Of a stretch of DNA of 64,000 nt, positions 1 to 10,217 are shown in pieces. Source of the DNA: a virus. Taxonomy: Duplodnaviria > Caudoviricetes. The stretch lies in the IMG/VR virus record IMGVR_UViG_3300032038_000037, positions 35,277-99,276 of that record. One strand, 5' to 3'. A program made the position numbers and the translations under genes. The notes beneath the pieces were generated by a model. That model saw nothing but the letters and a program-made list of their open reading frames with translations, did no database searches and had not been told where the DNA came from. How positions within the stretch are numbered: the stretch's first letter is position 1; each line of letters begins with the position of its first letter.

Positions 1-3000
1 CTAACGAACTAGTATCTGCATTTTGAATTGTTCCTTCATTATTTTGAATATCAATTATAGCAGGAATTTCTTTTATGTCTCCTGAACTATCAATTATATC
101 TTGAAACATCTTCGCTCCACCAGCTAAAGTTATTACGTCATCATTAATGCTAGTTATTTCAAAAACATTAACCAAACCTGAAGCCGCAAGCGCAGAAGTT
201 GGATCTTCTGAAGTATAATTACTAACTTTACACCAGTCCCCAATAGAGAATAATAATGGTTTTTCAACTCTTACTAATAGATCATTAGCATAAATTATTG
301 TTTCTTGATCTATTATATAATATAACATTATATCATTTATATTTGGTTCACTTACTCGTCTATACTCAGTACCATTTTTAGTAAAATAATCAATATCATC
401 ACCAAACTCATATGTTGATGGCGCGGGTTCACCCTCTGGAATTAATTTTTGATAAGTATATTGTGAAGTTTGAGAGATAGTAGCTTCCTTAATAGTAGAA
501 CTTGGTCTAAATATGAAAATTCCACCAACAGCTTCAATTTCTTCATATTCGAATACTGCTGTTTTAATTGCTCCACGTGCGGTAATATTATTAAATATGG
601 CATCTCCACTAGATTTAATTGCCCAACCTCTTGAAGAATCATCAAAATATGTTGATGAACCTATGGTAGCATCAGTATCAGTACCTTGTAAAACTATTGA
701 TTCAGCACCTGAACCAACATTAACTGAATCTGTAAAAATACCACCTTTAGCATTAATAATACCTGACATTTCTATATCGCCAGAATCATCAGTTTCAAAA
801 ACACTTTCTCCTTTGGAATTCTTAATACGAATACCATATTGATAATTACCACTAGTGTCTTGCTCTAATGCGCCAATCTTAATACGCTCTTGGTCATTAG
901 CTACAACTTGAAAATCATTATCAGAACTAATTGATACATAACCATCTGTATAAGAATTCTTAATGAAAAAACCGTCCCATAATAAACCAAATTGTGCAGT
1001 ATTCTTAATATCCTCTAATGATTCAGCTTGGAATTCTTCTCCATCTAATACACCATATAAACCATATTTATCAAAACGTACATAAGTTTTTAAATCAATA
1101 CCATTAGGACCATAACCATAAGCATTTAATCCATATTTGTCCCAACGGAAAGAAGGATTATCACCATCTTTAATTAATACATTCTGTGTATCAATAGTAT
1201 TAATTGTAAGTCCTTCTGCAGTAACAACTGTATCCCAGTTATATCCACCGTCTAGACTTGTTTTTAATCCCGCACCTGCAATTTTCATTTGACGCATTGG
1301 ATCTAAAATATCTTTTACTATAATACCATCTTCAACGGCAGTAATTGTATTATCTCCCGAAAGCATAAAACCGCCGCCTAATTCGTTTAATGATTTTAAT
1401 AAAAGACTTGCATTAATAAATCCACCTTCATCTAATATGGATGCAGCGCGCGAATATGAAGCAGAATTATATTCAACAGATTGTACAGCTGCAGCCATAC
1501 GCTGGAATAAATCATCAAATTGTGTTTTATAATTCTGAATTGTAATTGTATTCTCCGAAGCATCATCTAAATGCCACTCCACTTCAGAAACAACTACTTC
1601 TTCTCTAATTGGTGTCTGTATTTTCCAGCTATATTTAACATATAATTCATCATCGTCAATATCATCAAGTATTGTAGCTATATTGTTTCTAAAATCATAA
1701 CTAAAATGCATATGATGATCAAAATCACGATAAATATCTAATACATCTGTTGTATTTTCTGGTAAATAAATTGTTTTATTTTCTACACTAAAAACATCTA
1801 TATCTTCAATTATTTCATTGTGATAACCAAAGAATTGAGTATCTTCTATATAAGTTTTATCACCAACTTTAAAAAGATAATTCTCAAAGCCTGGTTGTTC
1901 ACTAATTTCATGAACTGTTAAATCATAACTAACTTTAGGTTGCGCGCTAGTGTTTGAAACACTTAAAGCGTCAAGATAATATAATTCATTATCGATATAA
2001 TCATCAGAAGTCCAAGTCCCTTCCTGAATATATCTGCTATATTTTTTATAAAATTTTGCCTCAACCTCATCTTTTTCATCTAAAAGTTCTTGCATTATAT
2101 CTTTAATTCCTTTTTGTTCTTCAATAGGAACTAAAGTAAAAGATTTTGTACCTTTTATTGGAATTGTAATTATAATAGGTTCAGCTGTTATATATGTTTG
2201 ATCATTACTTGTATATTTTAATTGATAATTGTCTGGATAATGCTTAAAATTTATTCTTTCATAGAGATTATCTTGAGAAAAAGATTTCTCTGTTACTGTA
2301 GTATTAATATCATATGTACCAAAATCATTCTCTAATGTAAAAGATAATCCTTCTATATAATCATCTAATATTTCTTTTGTTGCATTATATTCTACGCCAT
2401 CTACTACTTTTGAAATAGTAGATACTGTTAAAACATAATTTTTTGTTCCATTAATGAGTAAATCTAATTCCTTTTTTTCTGTTTTACTCATTTCTAATAA
2501 TGGTGTATAATCATTAATAACTTGTTGATTTGTATAAATTCTACCTACTATATCTGTTAAAGTCTCATGATCATTTGAAGGAATAATATTAACTAATCTT
2601 TTAAGTCTATCCTCTTCAGTAGGTGGATCATAAATTTTTTCTTCATTCTCTGTATGATTAATTTCCCATATATGTTTAGTAAAATAACTTAATATTGCGG
2701 GCGGTATTGTTGAAGTAAAGAATGGTGCATATGTTGAATAACTACCATCTGAAAAAGGAATTTCAAAACCTTCTGTATCGTCAACTATACCAATATATTT
2801 GATATCAGATAAAGTATATCCGCCAGCATCTAAGCTACTAATTTCATATTCTTTAGTAATAGAATCTATACCATCTACCCTATCTTTTTCATCAAGAACA
2901 ATTTCATTACCATCTATATCAAAGAATTGTGGAGTAATAATTTCAACAAAATTAGGAAAAACACTGAAAAATTTTGTAACATTGTTCTCAACAGTAAAAT

Positions 3001-6000
3001 AAAAACTTACATTATAACCACGATCGTTCACATAGTCATTATATTCAATACCCGTTAAATCTTTAAACTCAAATAAAGAATCTGTATAATTTTTCTGTGC
3101 TTCTTCAACAAGTTCATGATATACATTTACATTACTATTAGCTTTTGTTCTTGCGATCGCAGCAAGTTGCCTTTGAGCATTATAATAAGCGTATTGAGTA
3201 TTAATACCTTTTAATTGTTCTACAAAAGTATTATAATCAATATAATATTGTCGAGGATTTTCAATAAGTCCTTGATTTAAATAATAGGACATATTAATAA
3301 TATAAGAGTCTCCACTCGGGTTAGATTTCGCACTCGCTATTGAAACCACTCCGCCCTCAACAACATCGTTTTCAACTTGTTCTACAATTAATTTAGAAAC
3401 AAACTCATCAGACTCTATTGTCCTTTGAATAGACTCTAAATTAATTCCATATTTAAAACCTGCAAAATTATCATCACCACTATATTTATGGAAAGATATT
3501 TTTTTAGACGGCGCGCCTTCTGAATCTAACTTAATCGCTCCCGTTTCATCATGTTCAACAACGAATTTTGCCCAACACTCAAAAGACTCGCATAAATCTT
3601 GAATTATATTAAAACAATTAGATTGAGAAGCTTCAATCGTTGAAATTTTCTCATAATTTTCATTATATAAAGGCTTTATATCATTATCAGGGTCTAATCC
3701 TAAAGATTCTGCAATTGCGTCTATTGAACTAAATGTTTCAATACTTTCTTCTTCTGTATCTTCTTCAGGTTGTAAATAGAAGAAATCAGTAGAAATAGAA
3801 GTTGCTTTAGGAATATTACCAATTAATACAATATTTCCATCGCCATCTAACTTTTTCTTAAAGAGCTGCACTTCTTTTATACAAAAATAACAATTTGGAT
3901 TTACTTCTGTAGTATAATTTGAATCGGTAATATATAAGAAAATTCCATAATCATCTGCCGTATCTGCTAATACTGTATTTGAAATAGATTTTTTACAAAC
4001 AGCAGTAGTTAAATAATAATCTAAAAAATCAGAATTTTGTTCAACAAAAGTATGGGTATTAGTATCCCAAATTCTGTCAATTGTTGAATGATCTTCTAAT
4101 TCTTCTCTATAGATACAATCGATAGTTGGAGTAACACTAACTCCATCTTTATAATAAGCTACATACTTATCATTATCATTTTTCTTAAAATAACCACCAG
4201 TTATTATAGTATTTTTTATCTCAAAAGGCCCATCAAATTCAAATAAGATATTATTAATATCTGGAGTATAAAGATAAACCTGTTCTTCTGTTTTTGATTT
4301 TTCATCATAAACAACTTTTGGCTCCATTGTATATTTAGCTATAACAGCCTTAATCAACCCTTCTTGTCCAGGTTGTATCTGCGGGCGGCCGCCGTCTTCA
4401 TTTGTTAAGCCATAAGATATACGAAAAACATATTCTTCTCCTTTGGAAAAACTGCCAATTTCACTTCTATATTCTCCAATACCTTCATTAACAATAGAAT
4501 CACTATAATTAGTAGCTTTTCCGCTTGTTTTCTTAAATTGAGTCCTTAAATATCCTTTAATACCATTAAGTTGTGTTAGATCAATAACTGATGATGCAGT
4601 AATATTTGGATAAGAAACCAATTCAATAGGTTGAAGAAGATATGCGCCTTTTTCAAGTGAAGTTGTAAACGTAAGTCCTTCATCATAAATTTCTGTTAAA
4701 AGCTGTTTTAAATCTAAATCAAAGGGATCAGTTAATATAGATATTAAATTTCCCCCATCATTGTTTTGGAAAGTAAAAGTATAATCTGAAGCATTAAGCA
4801 TATCAGAATTATAATGTGCTTCTCCAATAGTAGTACCGCCTCTTTTAACATAAATATCTAAAAGGTCTGGTTGATGTTCAGAACCAGTTTTTTCAAAATT
4901 AGCTTTCCATGTATAAACTAATTGAATTTGATAATCTGCATTAATTTCATAAGTAAATACAGTATCTTGATAAGTTATAATTGTTCCTTCTTCTGCTTCT
5001 TCTTCAACGGGTTCTGGAGATAATTTAATTCGTAAATCTGTTAGAATTTTTTTGAAATTTGTAAACCTTAAACTTTCTCCTATATTTTCTCCAACCCTTA
5101 AATCAGAAGATAATTTTGTAATTTTACTCTTTTCGCTTGGAGTAGCTGATGACCATCCATCTAAACTTCCATCTTGATAAATATTGAAGCCTGATCCATT
5201 AATTACAAAATTTGTAACTACATCAGAAGTTACATATTCATAATCTGTATATTTATAAATTGTTTTTTTAGAGCCATCATTATAAGTAGCTTCATATATT
5301 GTTACTGGTCTATCTTTAACCGTGTCATAACCAATTTGTTGATTATAAGCTAAACGATAACCACGATAATTAAGATTAATACCAGTTGAATTATACTCAT
5401 CAGTTTGCCTTGATAAAACAACATTATCAATAGTGATTTCTGTACCCGTTTCATTATATGTAACATTTTCTGCGTCAGCTAAAAAACAATAGTTAGGCAT
5501 CTGCGCAACATTATTATCATCTACTGTTGTTGTTTCTGGATCATAATCTTTTGCTCGTAAGAAGAAAATGTTTTCTTTACTCTTATTAGAAACTATACTG
5601 TAAAACATTAATAGTGTTTCATCAGCTTCTACCGTAACTTCCTCATTTGTCTGTAAGTCTTTTACAACTATATCTGAATTAATTGTATACTTATAAAGCG
5701 GCTCAGCAACAAATTGTTGGATTATATCAGAGTGTTCTTTATCAATAACCCAGTCAGTTCCTTTAACCGCTTTTTCACCTAATTCAAAAATTGTTCCTTG
5801 ATTATTTCTTAAATCATTAGAAAGAACAATATTATACCCAACTTTTCCTAATTCATTAGCAAATAATCCAGTAGCAGTATAATTAAAAACATTTGAATCA
5901 GAAGTTTCTTCACAAGTTTTTATTACAAAATCATACCACTCTTTATTATAAAAAAGTTTAACTTTTCTTTCATTTACTAAATATTTTTCTAAAGGATTAA

Positions 6001-6235
6001 CAATATAATCATTTATTAAATCATCATAATATTTATGAACCAAATCAAAAGTTAAAGTTATCTGTCCATTTACATTTTGGATAAAAATAACATTACTAAT
6101 TCTACTTGGTGCTGTCATTTGATCAGAACCAATAGTAGCTATTTTTACTTCTTTATAATATGATTTATCTTCTTCTTCAACCAATACATCTTCCCAAACA
6201 GAAACTTCATATGGTCTTTTCAGCTTATCGCTCAT
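1..6235 (-). CDS. Large tail/baseplate hub (Tal-like, phage minor structural) protein, partial (>2078 aa, 3' end outside window)
   Basis: ATG at 6235 with GGAGATAAAGG RBS. Begins MSDKLKRPYEVSVWEDVLVEEEDKSYYKEVKIATIGSDQM... and the frame still reads open at base 2 (...IQNADTSSL). It is absent from the ORF track only because there is no in-window stop. Lies directly downstream of Dit. Confidence 0.85.
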   Translation of the reverse strand, partial: MSDKLKRPYEVSVWEDVLVEEEDKSYYKEVKIATIGSDQMTAPSRISNVIFIQNVNGQITLTFDLVHKYYDDLINDYIVNPLEKYLVNERKVKLFYNKEWYDFVIKTCEETSDSNVFNYTATGLFANELGKVGYNIVLSNDLRNNQGTIFELGEKAVKGTDWVIDKEHSDIIQQFVAEPLYKYTINSDIVVKDLQTNEEVTVEADETLLMFYSIVSNKSKENIFFLRAKDYDPETTTVDDNNVAQMPNYCFLADAENVTYNETGTEITIDNVVLSRQTDEYNSTGINLNYRGYRLAYNQQIGYDTVKDRPVTIYEATYNDGSKKTIYKYTDYEYVTSDVVTNFVINGSGFNIYQDGSLDGWSSATPSEKSKITKLSSDLRVGENIGESLRFTNFKKILTDLRIKLSPEPVEEEAEEGTIITYQDTVFTYEINADYQIQLVYTWKANFEKTGSEHQPDLLDIYVKRGGTTIGEAHYNSDMLNASDYTFTFQNNDGGNLISILTDPFDLDLKQLLTEIYDEGLTFTTSLEKGAYLLQPIELVSYPNITASSVIDLTQLNGIKGYLRTQFKKTSGKATNYSDSIVNEGIGEYRSEIGSFSKGEEYVFRISYGLTNEDGGRPQIQPGQEGLIKAVIAKYTMEPKVVYDEKSKTEEQVYLYTPDINNILFEFDGPFEIKNTIITGGYFKKNDNDKYVAYYKDGVSVTPTIDCIYREELEDHSTIDRIWDTNTHTFVEQNSDFLDYYLTTAVCKKSISNTVLADTADDYGIFLYITDSNYTTEVNPNCYFCIKEVQLFKKKLDGDGNIVLIGNIPKATSISTDFFYLQPEEDTEEESIETFSSIDAIAESLGLDPDNDIKPLYNENYEKISTIEASQSNCFNIIQDLCESFECWAKFVVEHDETGAIKLDSEGAPSKKISFHKYSGDDNFAGFKYGINLESIQRTIESDEFVSKLIVEQVENDVVEGGVVSIASAKSNPSGDSYIINMSYYLNQGLIENPRQYYIDYNTFVEQLKGINTQYAYYNAQRQLAAIARTKANSNVNVYHELVEEAQKNYTDSLFEFKDLTGIEYNDYVNDRGYNVSFYFTVENNVTKFFSVFPNFVEIITPQFFDIDGNEIVLDEKDRVDGIDSITKEYEISSLDAGGYTLSDIKYIGIVDDTEGFEIPFSDGSYSTYAPFFTSTIPPAILSYFTKHIWEINHTENEEKIYDPPTEEDRLKRLVNIIPSNDHETLTDIVGRIYTNQQVINDYTPLLEMSKTEKKELDLLINGTKNYVLTVSTISKVVDGVEYNATKEILDDYIEGLSFTLENDFGTYDINTTVTEKSFSQDNLYERINFKHYPDNYQLKYTSNDQTYITAEPIIITIPIKGTKSFTLVPIEEQKGIKDIMQELLDEKDEVEAKFYKKYSRYIQEGTWTSDDYIDNELYYLDALSVSNTSAQPKVSYDLTVHEISEQPGFENYLFKVGDKTYIEDTQFFGYHNEIIEDIDVFSVENKTIYLPENTTDVLDIYRDFDHHMHFSYDFRNNIATILDDIDDDELYVKYSWKIQTPIREEVVVSEVEWHLDDASENTITIQNYKTQFDDLFQRMAAAVQSVEYNSASYSRAASILDEGGFINASLLLKSLNELGGGFMLSGDNTITAVEDGIIVKDILDPMRQMKIAGAGLKTSLDGGYNWDTVVTAEGLTINTIDTQNVLIKDGDNPSFRWDKYGLNAYGYGPNGIDLKTYVRFDKYGLYGVLDGEEFQAESLEDIKNTAQFGLLWDGFFIKNSYTDGYVSISSDNDFQVVANDQERIKIGALEQDTSGNYQYGIRIKNSKGESVFETDDSGDIEMSGIINAKGGIFTDSVNVGSGAESIVLQGTDTDATIGSSTYFDDSSRGWAIKSSGDAIFNNITARGAIKTAVFEYEEIEAVGGIFIFRPSSTIKEATISQTSQYTYQKLIPEGEPAPSTYEFGDDIDYFTKNGTEYRRVSEPNINDIMLYYIIDQETIIYANDLLVRVEKPLLFSIGDWCKVSNYTSEDPTSALAASGLVNVFEITSINDDVITLAGGAKMFQDIIDSSGDIKEIPAIIDIQNNEGTIQNADTSSL

Positions 6236-6249
6236 TCCCTTTATCTCCT

Positions 6250-7401
6250 TTAATAGTATAAATAATTATAGAAAATCTCAGGTTTTTGAGTAGATACCGC
6301 ACAATTTAAATATATGCCTTGATGTCTAAAATCAAATTTATTTCCCTTAAAAATTCTACCAAAACTACCCTTTTTTATATGCTTATTGTATAAATTCCCA
6401 GTAGTACGCCAAGATTTTGAAATATAATCATAATGTACACCTTCTATTAATTCGGCGCGGGTATTAATCATAATACCATTTTCTGAAGTCGTGCCAGTTG
6501 TTCTTTCAAAAGGTTCAATTACTAAATCAGGTAATCCATCTGTAGCAATAATTATATTTTCTCCTTTTTCTAAATCTGGATCAATTCTATTATTAACATA
6601 AGGAATAAATAAATAATATGGCGTATCTATGTCTCCTGGATTATATACATTAATTTGTCCATTATATTTATTCAAATATCTAATGTTTTCAACTTCATCT
6701 TGATAAATATCGTATGCACCTTCAGTATATTCCTCTAATGTGAGTATTCCACTTGATGCCACCCATTCGTTAGTATTATCATATCCATTAGTCACATATT
6801 GATCTAAAGTTTTATATAATTGGCGCGCGAATGGATCATATGCTATAAAGCTAATTGATCCTTCGCCTTTGTAAATGCGCCTTTTTGTCCCTAAATAAAC
6901 CTTATGATTTACACTTCCAGGAATATACATTCCTTCTTGACTATCTTCACCAACAGTATTTTCTCCAACAATAGCCGTTCCTACTGTTGCAACTGATGCT
7001 AATTCTTCTTTAGATTTATGACCTGTAGTATCCCAATAATAATCTTCTTCATCAAAACAAATTGTTTCTAAAGAAATCGGTTCTGCTAATTTAACATAAT
7101 ATACCTTATAAGGACGTTCATCAAAAATCAATTTACAAATTTTTCTTTGACCAAATAATCTACGAATATTTCTATACTGTTCTTCAGTAACACTATCAAA
7201 AGCTATTTGAATTTCTATATTACGACTTTGATAAAAACTACCATAATAATAAACACCATCTTTACCACTAACTTCTACTGTTTTATCTTCAAAATCTGGT
7301 AATATAGTTTCTGCATATCTATCCCCATCGCTTACTCGAAGGATATTTAATTCACTTGAATGGACTCCATCAAAAGTAAAGCCCGTAAAATCTGACCACA
7401 T
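6250..7401 (-). CDS. Distal tail protein (Dit, Sipho_tail-like)
   Basis: N-terminal FTGFTFDGVHSSELNILRV...VSGKDGVYYYGSFYQSRNIEIQIAFD, then KLIFDERPYKVY, SFIAYDPFA and VYNPGDIDTP motifs typical of Dit; upstream of Tal-like gene. Confidence 0.8.
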   Translation of the reverse strand: MWSDFTGFTFDGVHSSELNILRVSDGDRYAETILPDFEDKTVEVSGKDGVYYYGSFYQSRNIEIQIAFDSVTEEQYRNIRRLFGQRKICKLIFDERPYKVYYVKLAEPISLETICFDEEDYYWDTTGHKSKEELASVATVGTAIVGENTVGEDSQEGMYIPGSVNHKVYLGTKRRIYKGEGSISFIAYDPFARQLYKTLDQYVTNGYDNTNEWVASSGILTLEEYTEGAYDIYQDEVENIRYLNKYNGQINVYNPGDIDTPYYLFIPYVNNRIDPDLEKGENIIIATDGLPDLVIEPFERTTGTTSENGIMINTRAELIEGVHYDYISKSWRTTGNLYNKHIKKGSFGRIFKGNKFDFRHQGIYLNCAVSTQKPEIFYNYLYY

Positions 7402-7411
7402 AATATCCTCC

Positions 7412-9106
7412 TTATATTATTTCTTTACACAATACTTTAATATCTATTACAAATCTTACAGCTCCGTCTTTAAGGTTTTTCGTATTATAACTAAAAACGC
7501 CTGCGCTGCTTTCAGATTTTTGCATAAATAATTCCCATAGTATTTGATTACTAGGATCTGAAGAAGATCCCCAAACTTTTTTACTACTGGTACCCATGTA
7601 GTAACCTATACCTTCAGAAGCATAAGAAATGTTATAACCAACAATACCTAATGGTATAAGACCTGGTAAACTAACTCTAATATATCTATGACCTGTAGTT
7701 TGACCTTTTTTCTCTATATAAATAGGTAAATGATTACCATGTCTAGTCCATCCTGTCGCTTGATCATAAACAGAATAAGTTACTTCACTACCAGTTCCAG
7801 CTGGAGAAGTTGAACCTCTACCTAATCTTACGCTTTTTATTACTAATCGTGGAGAATATTTATTTTTTAATGATTTACCACTCTCAAAAAATTCTGTTGC
7901 TTTTATTGGAATATTAGAATAATTACAAATAGTACCATTATTATCATATCCTATCATAAAACTTGTTGTAGAAGAACCATTCATATAAAATCTAGCTTCT
8001 TTTCCATATATATATAAATCGTCAGTTCTATAACCAGGATTTAATTGTGTAATTGAATTTGCATTTCTAACTAATAATCCTTTAGCATCTAAATATCCTT
8101 CTACTGGAGCTTTTATGTTTGTTTGCGTTTGTGTACTATCCACGATATAAATGCCAGTAGGTTTATTTTTGTATAAATATAAATTATCATCAAGTACATT
8201 AGTAATAAAATATGTACCCGCTGTATAACCATCTAATGGTCTTCGATCATGTACATATGTATTTGACCCTTGATTAATAATATCAGCATCATTATGAAGT
8301 TGAGAAGTTGCTTCATAAGCGGCCTCCCTATTAGGAATTTTTATAGTATAAGTTTGAGAACCAACATATAAAGTACCAATAGTTACTCCAGATTCAACTT
8401 CTTCAGTTGCTTCATAATAAATATATGGCGTTGATTCCTCAGGTTCTGGAGTTGGTTCTGGAGTTGGTTCAGGCTCTGGACTTGGGCTTGGTTCAGGTTC
8501 GGGTTCTGGACTCGGTTCTGGACTCGGCTGAGAATTACCTATTAATCTTCTTGCTAATTCTTTAATTAAATATGGAGTCGCCGCAGTATTTTTATCCTCA
8601 TCTGTATCTTCGGCATTTAACCAAGCATCAAAATCTGTATAACCACCCTCTTTTCCAAAACCATCTGTAAATAATTTAGTCAAACCATAATATTCACTAT
8701 TTGCACGAACACCGCGTATAAGCATATAATATAATGTATCATTCGCTGTAGCATCTAGCGAAGCTCCATTATATTCTTGTGTAATATCAGTATTACTTTG
8801 TTGACTAACCAACACAAAAAGACAAACCTCTCCGGCTTGCCACATATAATCAACTTTATCTTCTACATTTTTTGTTTTAATAAAAACACCTTCATCTTCA
8901 GAAAGTGCAGTTTGATTGTCCTCTCCATTAGACAAGCTTGTTCCATGGACAACTAGAGTAGGTGATTCTTCCGTATTGCCATTAGCAAAATAAACTGCTA
9001 ATAAATCACCTACAACAATATCATCATGTAATGGATTATAAATTGTAACTTCTTTTTCATTAGTGTCTGCGCTTGTAGCAGAAACCCCATAAAATAAATT
9101 AGCCAT
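7412..9106 (-). CDS. Tail fibre/baseplate-associated structural protein with Pro-Glu linker
   Basis: 564 aa in tail cluster; YYGLTKL and AATPYLIK fibre-type motifs; central (PE/PS/PT)n linker. Confidence 0.6.
   Translation of the reverse strand: MANLFYGVSATSADTNEKEVTIYNPLHDDIVVGDLLAVYFANGNTEESPTLVVHGTSLSNGEDNQTALSEDEGVFIKTKNVEDKVDYMWQAGEVCLFVLVSQQSNTDITQEYNGASLDATANDTLYYMLIRGVRANSEYYGLTKLFTDGFGKEGGYTDFDAWLNAEDTDEDKNTAATPYLIKELARRLIGNSQPSPEPSPEPEPEPSPSPEPEPTPEPTPEPEESTPYIYYEATEEVESGVTIGTLYVGSQTYTIKIPNREAAYEATSQLHNDADIINQGSNTYVHDRRPLDGYTAGTYFITNVLDDNLYLYKNKPTGIYIVDSTQTQTNIKAPVEGYLDAKGLLVRNANSITQLNPGYRTDDLYIYGKEARFYMNGSSTTSFMIGYDNNGTICNYSNIPIKATEFFESGKSLKNKYSPRLVIKSVRLGRGSTSPAGTGSEVTYSVYDQATGWTRHGNHLPIYIEKKGQTTGHRYIRVSLPGLIPLGIVGYNISYASEGIGYYMGTSSKKVWGSSSDPSNQILWELFMQKSESSAGVFSYNTKNLKDGAVRFVIDIKVLCKEII
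8435..8530 (-). repeat. Pro-Glu low-complexity tandem repeat (6/12-bp units) encoding PSPEPSPEPEPEPSPSPEPEPTPEPTPEPE
   Basis: Repeated ggttctgga/ggttcagg units on the plus strand. Confidence 0.9.
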
Positions 9107-9121
9107 TGAAATATCTCCATA

Positions 9122-9157
9122 TAAAATAAAAAGCCTATTAGGATATACTAATAGGCC
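9122..9157 (-). terminator. Intrinsic terminator-like hairpin upstream of the 564-aa gene
   Basis: GCCTATTAG-tatatc-CTAATAGGC followed by TTTTTATTTT on the minus strand. Confidence 0.7.
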
Positions 9158-9187
9158 AACAAATGTTCATTTATAAGTTCGCCTTTA

Positions 9188-9228
9188 TCTCCTAAGTATA
9201 AGTAGATATTGAAAAGAAAGGCTCTATT
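9188..9228 (-). promoter_or_regulatory. Putative late promoter (ACTTA-N5-AGGAG motif, copy 1)
   Basis: Minus strand ...AGAGcctttcttttcaatatctACTTATacttAGGAG; same motif at 18.19, 20.17 and 23.33 kb. Confidence 0.55.
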
Positions 9229-9232
9229 TTTA

Positions 9233-9724
9233 TTAAGATAATGTAATTTTACGAGGTACTGGTGTTATAAAACGGAAAATATATGTGTCAGTAGTATTAG
9301 TTGCTCCTGCAACATTTCCACCTAAATAAAAATTACAAGTCATAGTATTAGCATTAGTTCGTGCAGTATTTAAGAGTTGTCCAGTAATTAAAGGCCCAGT
9401 TGTACCATTTATACCAGTTGTTGTTTGCATAACCCAAGTATCATCAGAGCATACGTTTGTCCAACCAGTTATTGTTAAAGCACATACTTTTGCTCTAATA
9501 GATGTCCCTGCAGTTTTTTTTGCAGACATTTTAAATTGAATGACTATATTTGCCATATTTCCATCTATTTGACAAGTAGCACTAGAAACAGTATACCCAC
9601 TACCATTAGTAGTAGAAACAGTTAAAGTTTCTGTCGTACTCCAATAATGATTTAGCTTTCGAATTTTTGTCCAGATTTCTCCTAATTGTGTTACAATTGT
9701 TTGTAATATAGTTAATAATCTCAT
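9233..9724 (-). CDS. Putative receptor-binding tip module, paralog 3
   Basis: Short N-terminal amphipathic helix plus beta-rich domain; aligns by eye with the C-terminal half of 10218..11228 (FRFITPVPR vs FRFVADIPVSR). Confidence 0.55.
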   Translation of the reverse strand: MRLLTILQTIVTQLGEIWTKIRKLNHYWSTTETLTVSTTNGSGYTVSSATCQIDGNMANIVIQFKMSAKKTAGTSIRAKVCALTITGWTNVCSDDTWVMQTTTGINGTTGPLITGQLLNTARTNANTMTCNFYLGGNVAGATNTTDTYIFRFITPVPRKITLS

Positions 9725-9735
9725 TTTTATACCTC

Positions 9736-10215
9736 TTATGATAGTATACTTGGATATTTACATATAACCGGTCCGCCATGAAATTGTGCATTTTTATCTG
9801 CTGTTTGTACTGCCGCGATCTGAAAACTTCGATAAGCATAACTAGAATTTGCAGTGGTACAATAATAACTCTTTAAGCCGCCTGAACCTCCTGATATCAA
9901 ATTACGAGCAAATATTGGACATTTTGTCCATTCTTCTTTGTCATCATCTTGTAATTGAAGTGTATCATAAAGTACGTTAGGAATATTACCAGTAGAAAAA
10001 TTAGAACTTTTATATGTTGAATCATATGTATTCTGTAATCCGCCATATGCTATTATATATACTGAACCACCAGAGAAATCAGAATCTAATGATCTAGTAA
10101 CAGTTATAGTCCTTGCTTCAATAAATCTATCACAAAGCTTCTGACTATAAGTACTATAAGAAATCATTTTATTTATAATTTTTTGAAAAATTAAAAATAA
10201 TCTACCACTTGCCAT
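9736..10215 (-). CDS. Putative receptor-binding tip module, paralog 2
   Basis: Start refined to ATG 10215 (GAGGAG RBS); helix plus beta domain; STGNIPN vs GTGNITN in the neighbour. Confidence 0.5.
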   Translation of the reverse strand: MASGRLFLIFQKIINKMISYSTYSQKLCDRFIEARTITVTRSLDSDFSGGSVYIIAYGGLQNTYDSTYKSSNFSTGNIPNVLYDTLQLQDDDKEEWTKCPIFARNLISGGSGGLKSYYCTTANSSYAYRSFQIAAVQTADKNAQFHGGPVICKYPSILS

Positions 10216-10217
10216 AT

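Noticed and set aside
1-6235. Apparent 6-kb gene desert suggesting stop-codon reassignment
   Set aside because: It is one minus-strand ORF truncated by the window edge. Other genes are intact in the standard code and end in TAA, TAG or TGA.
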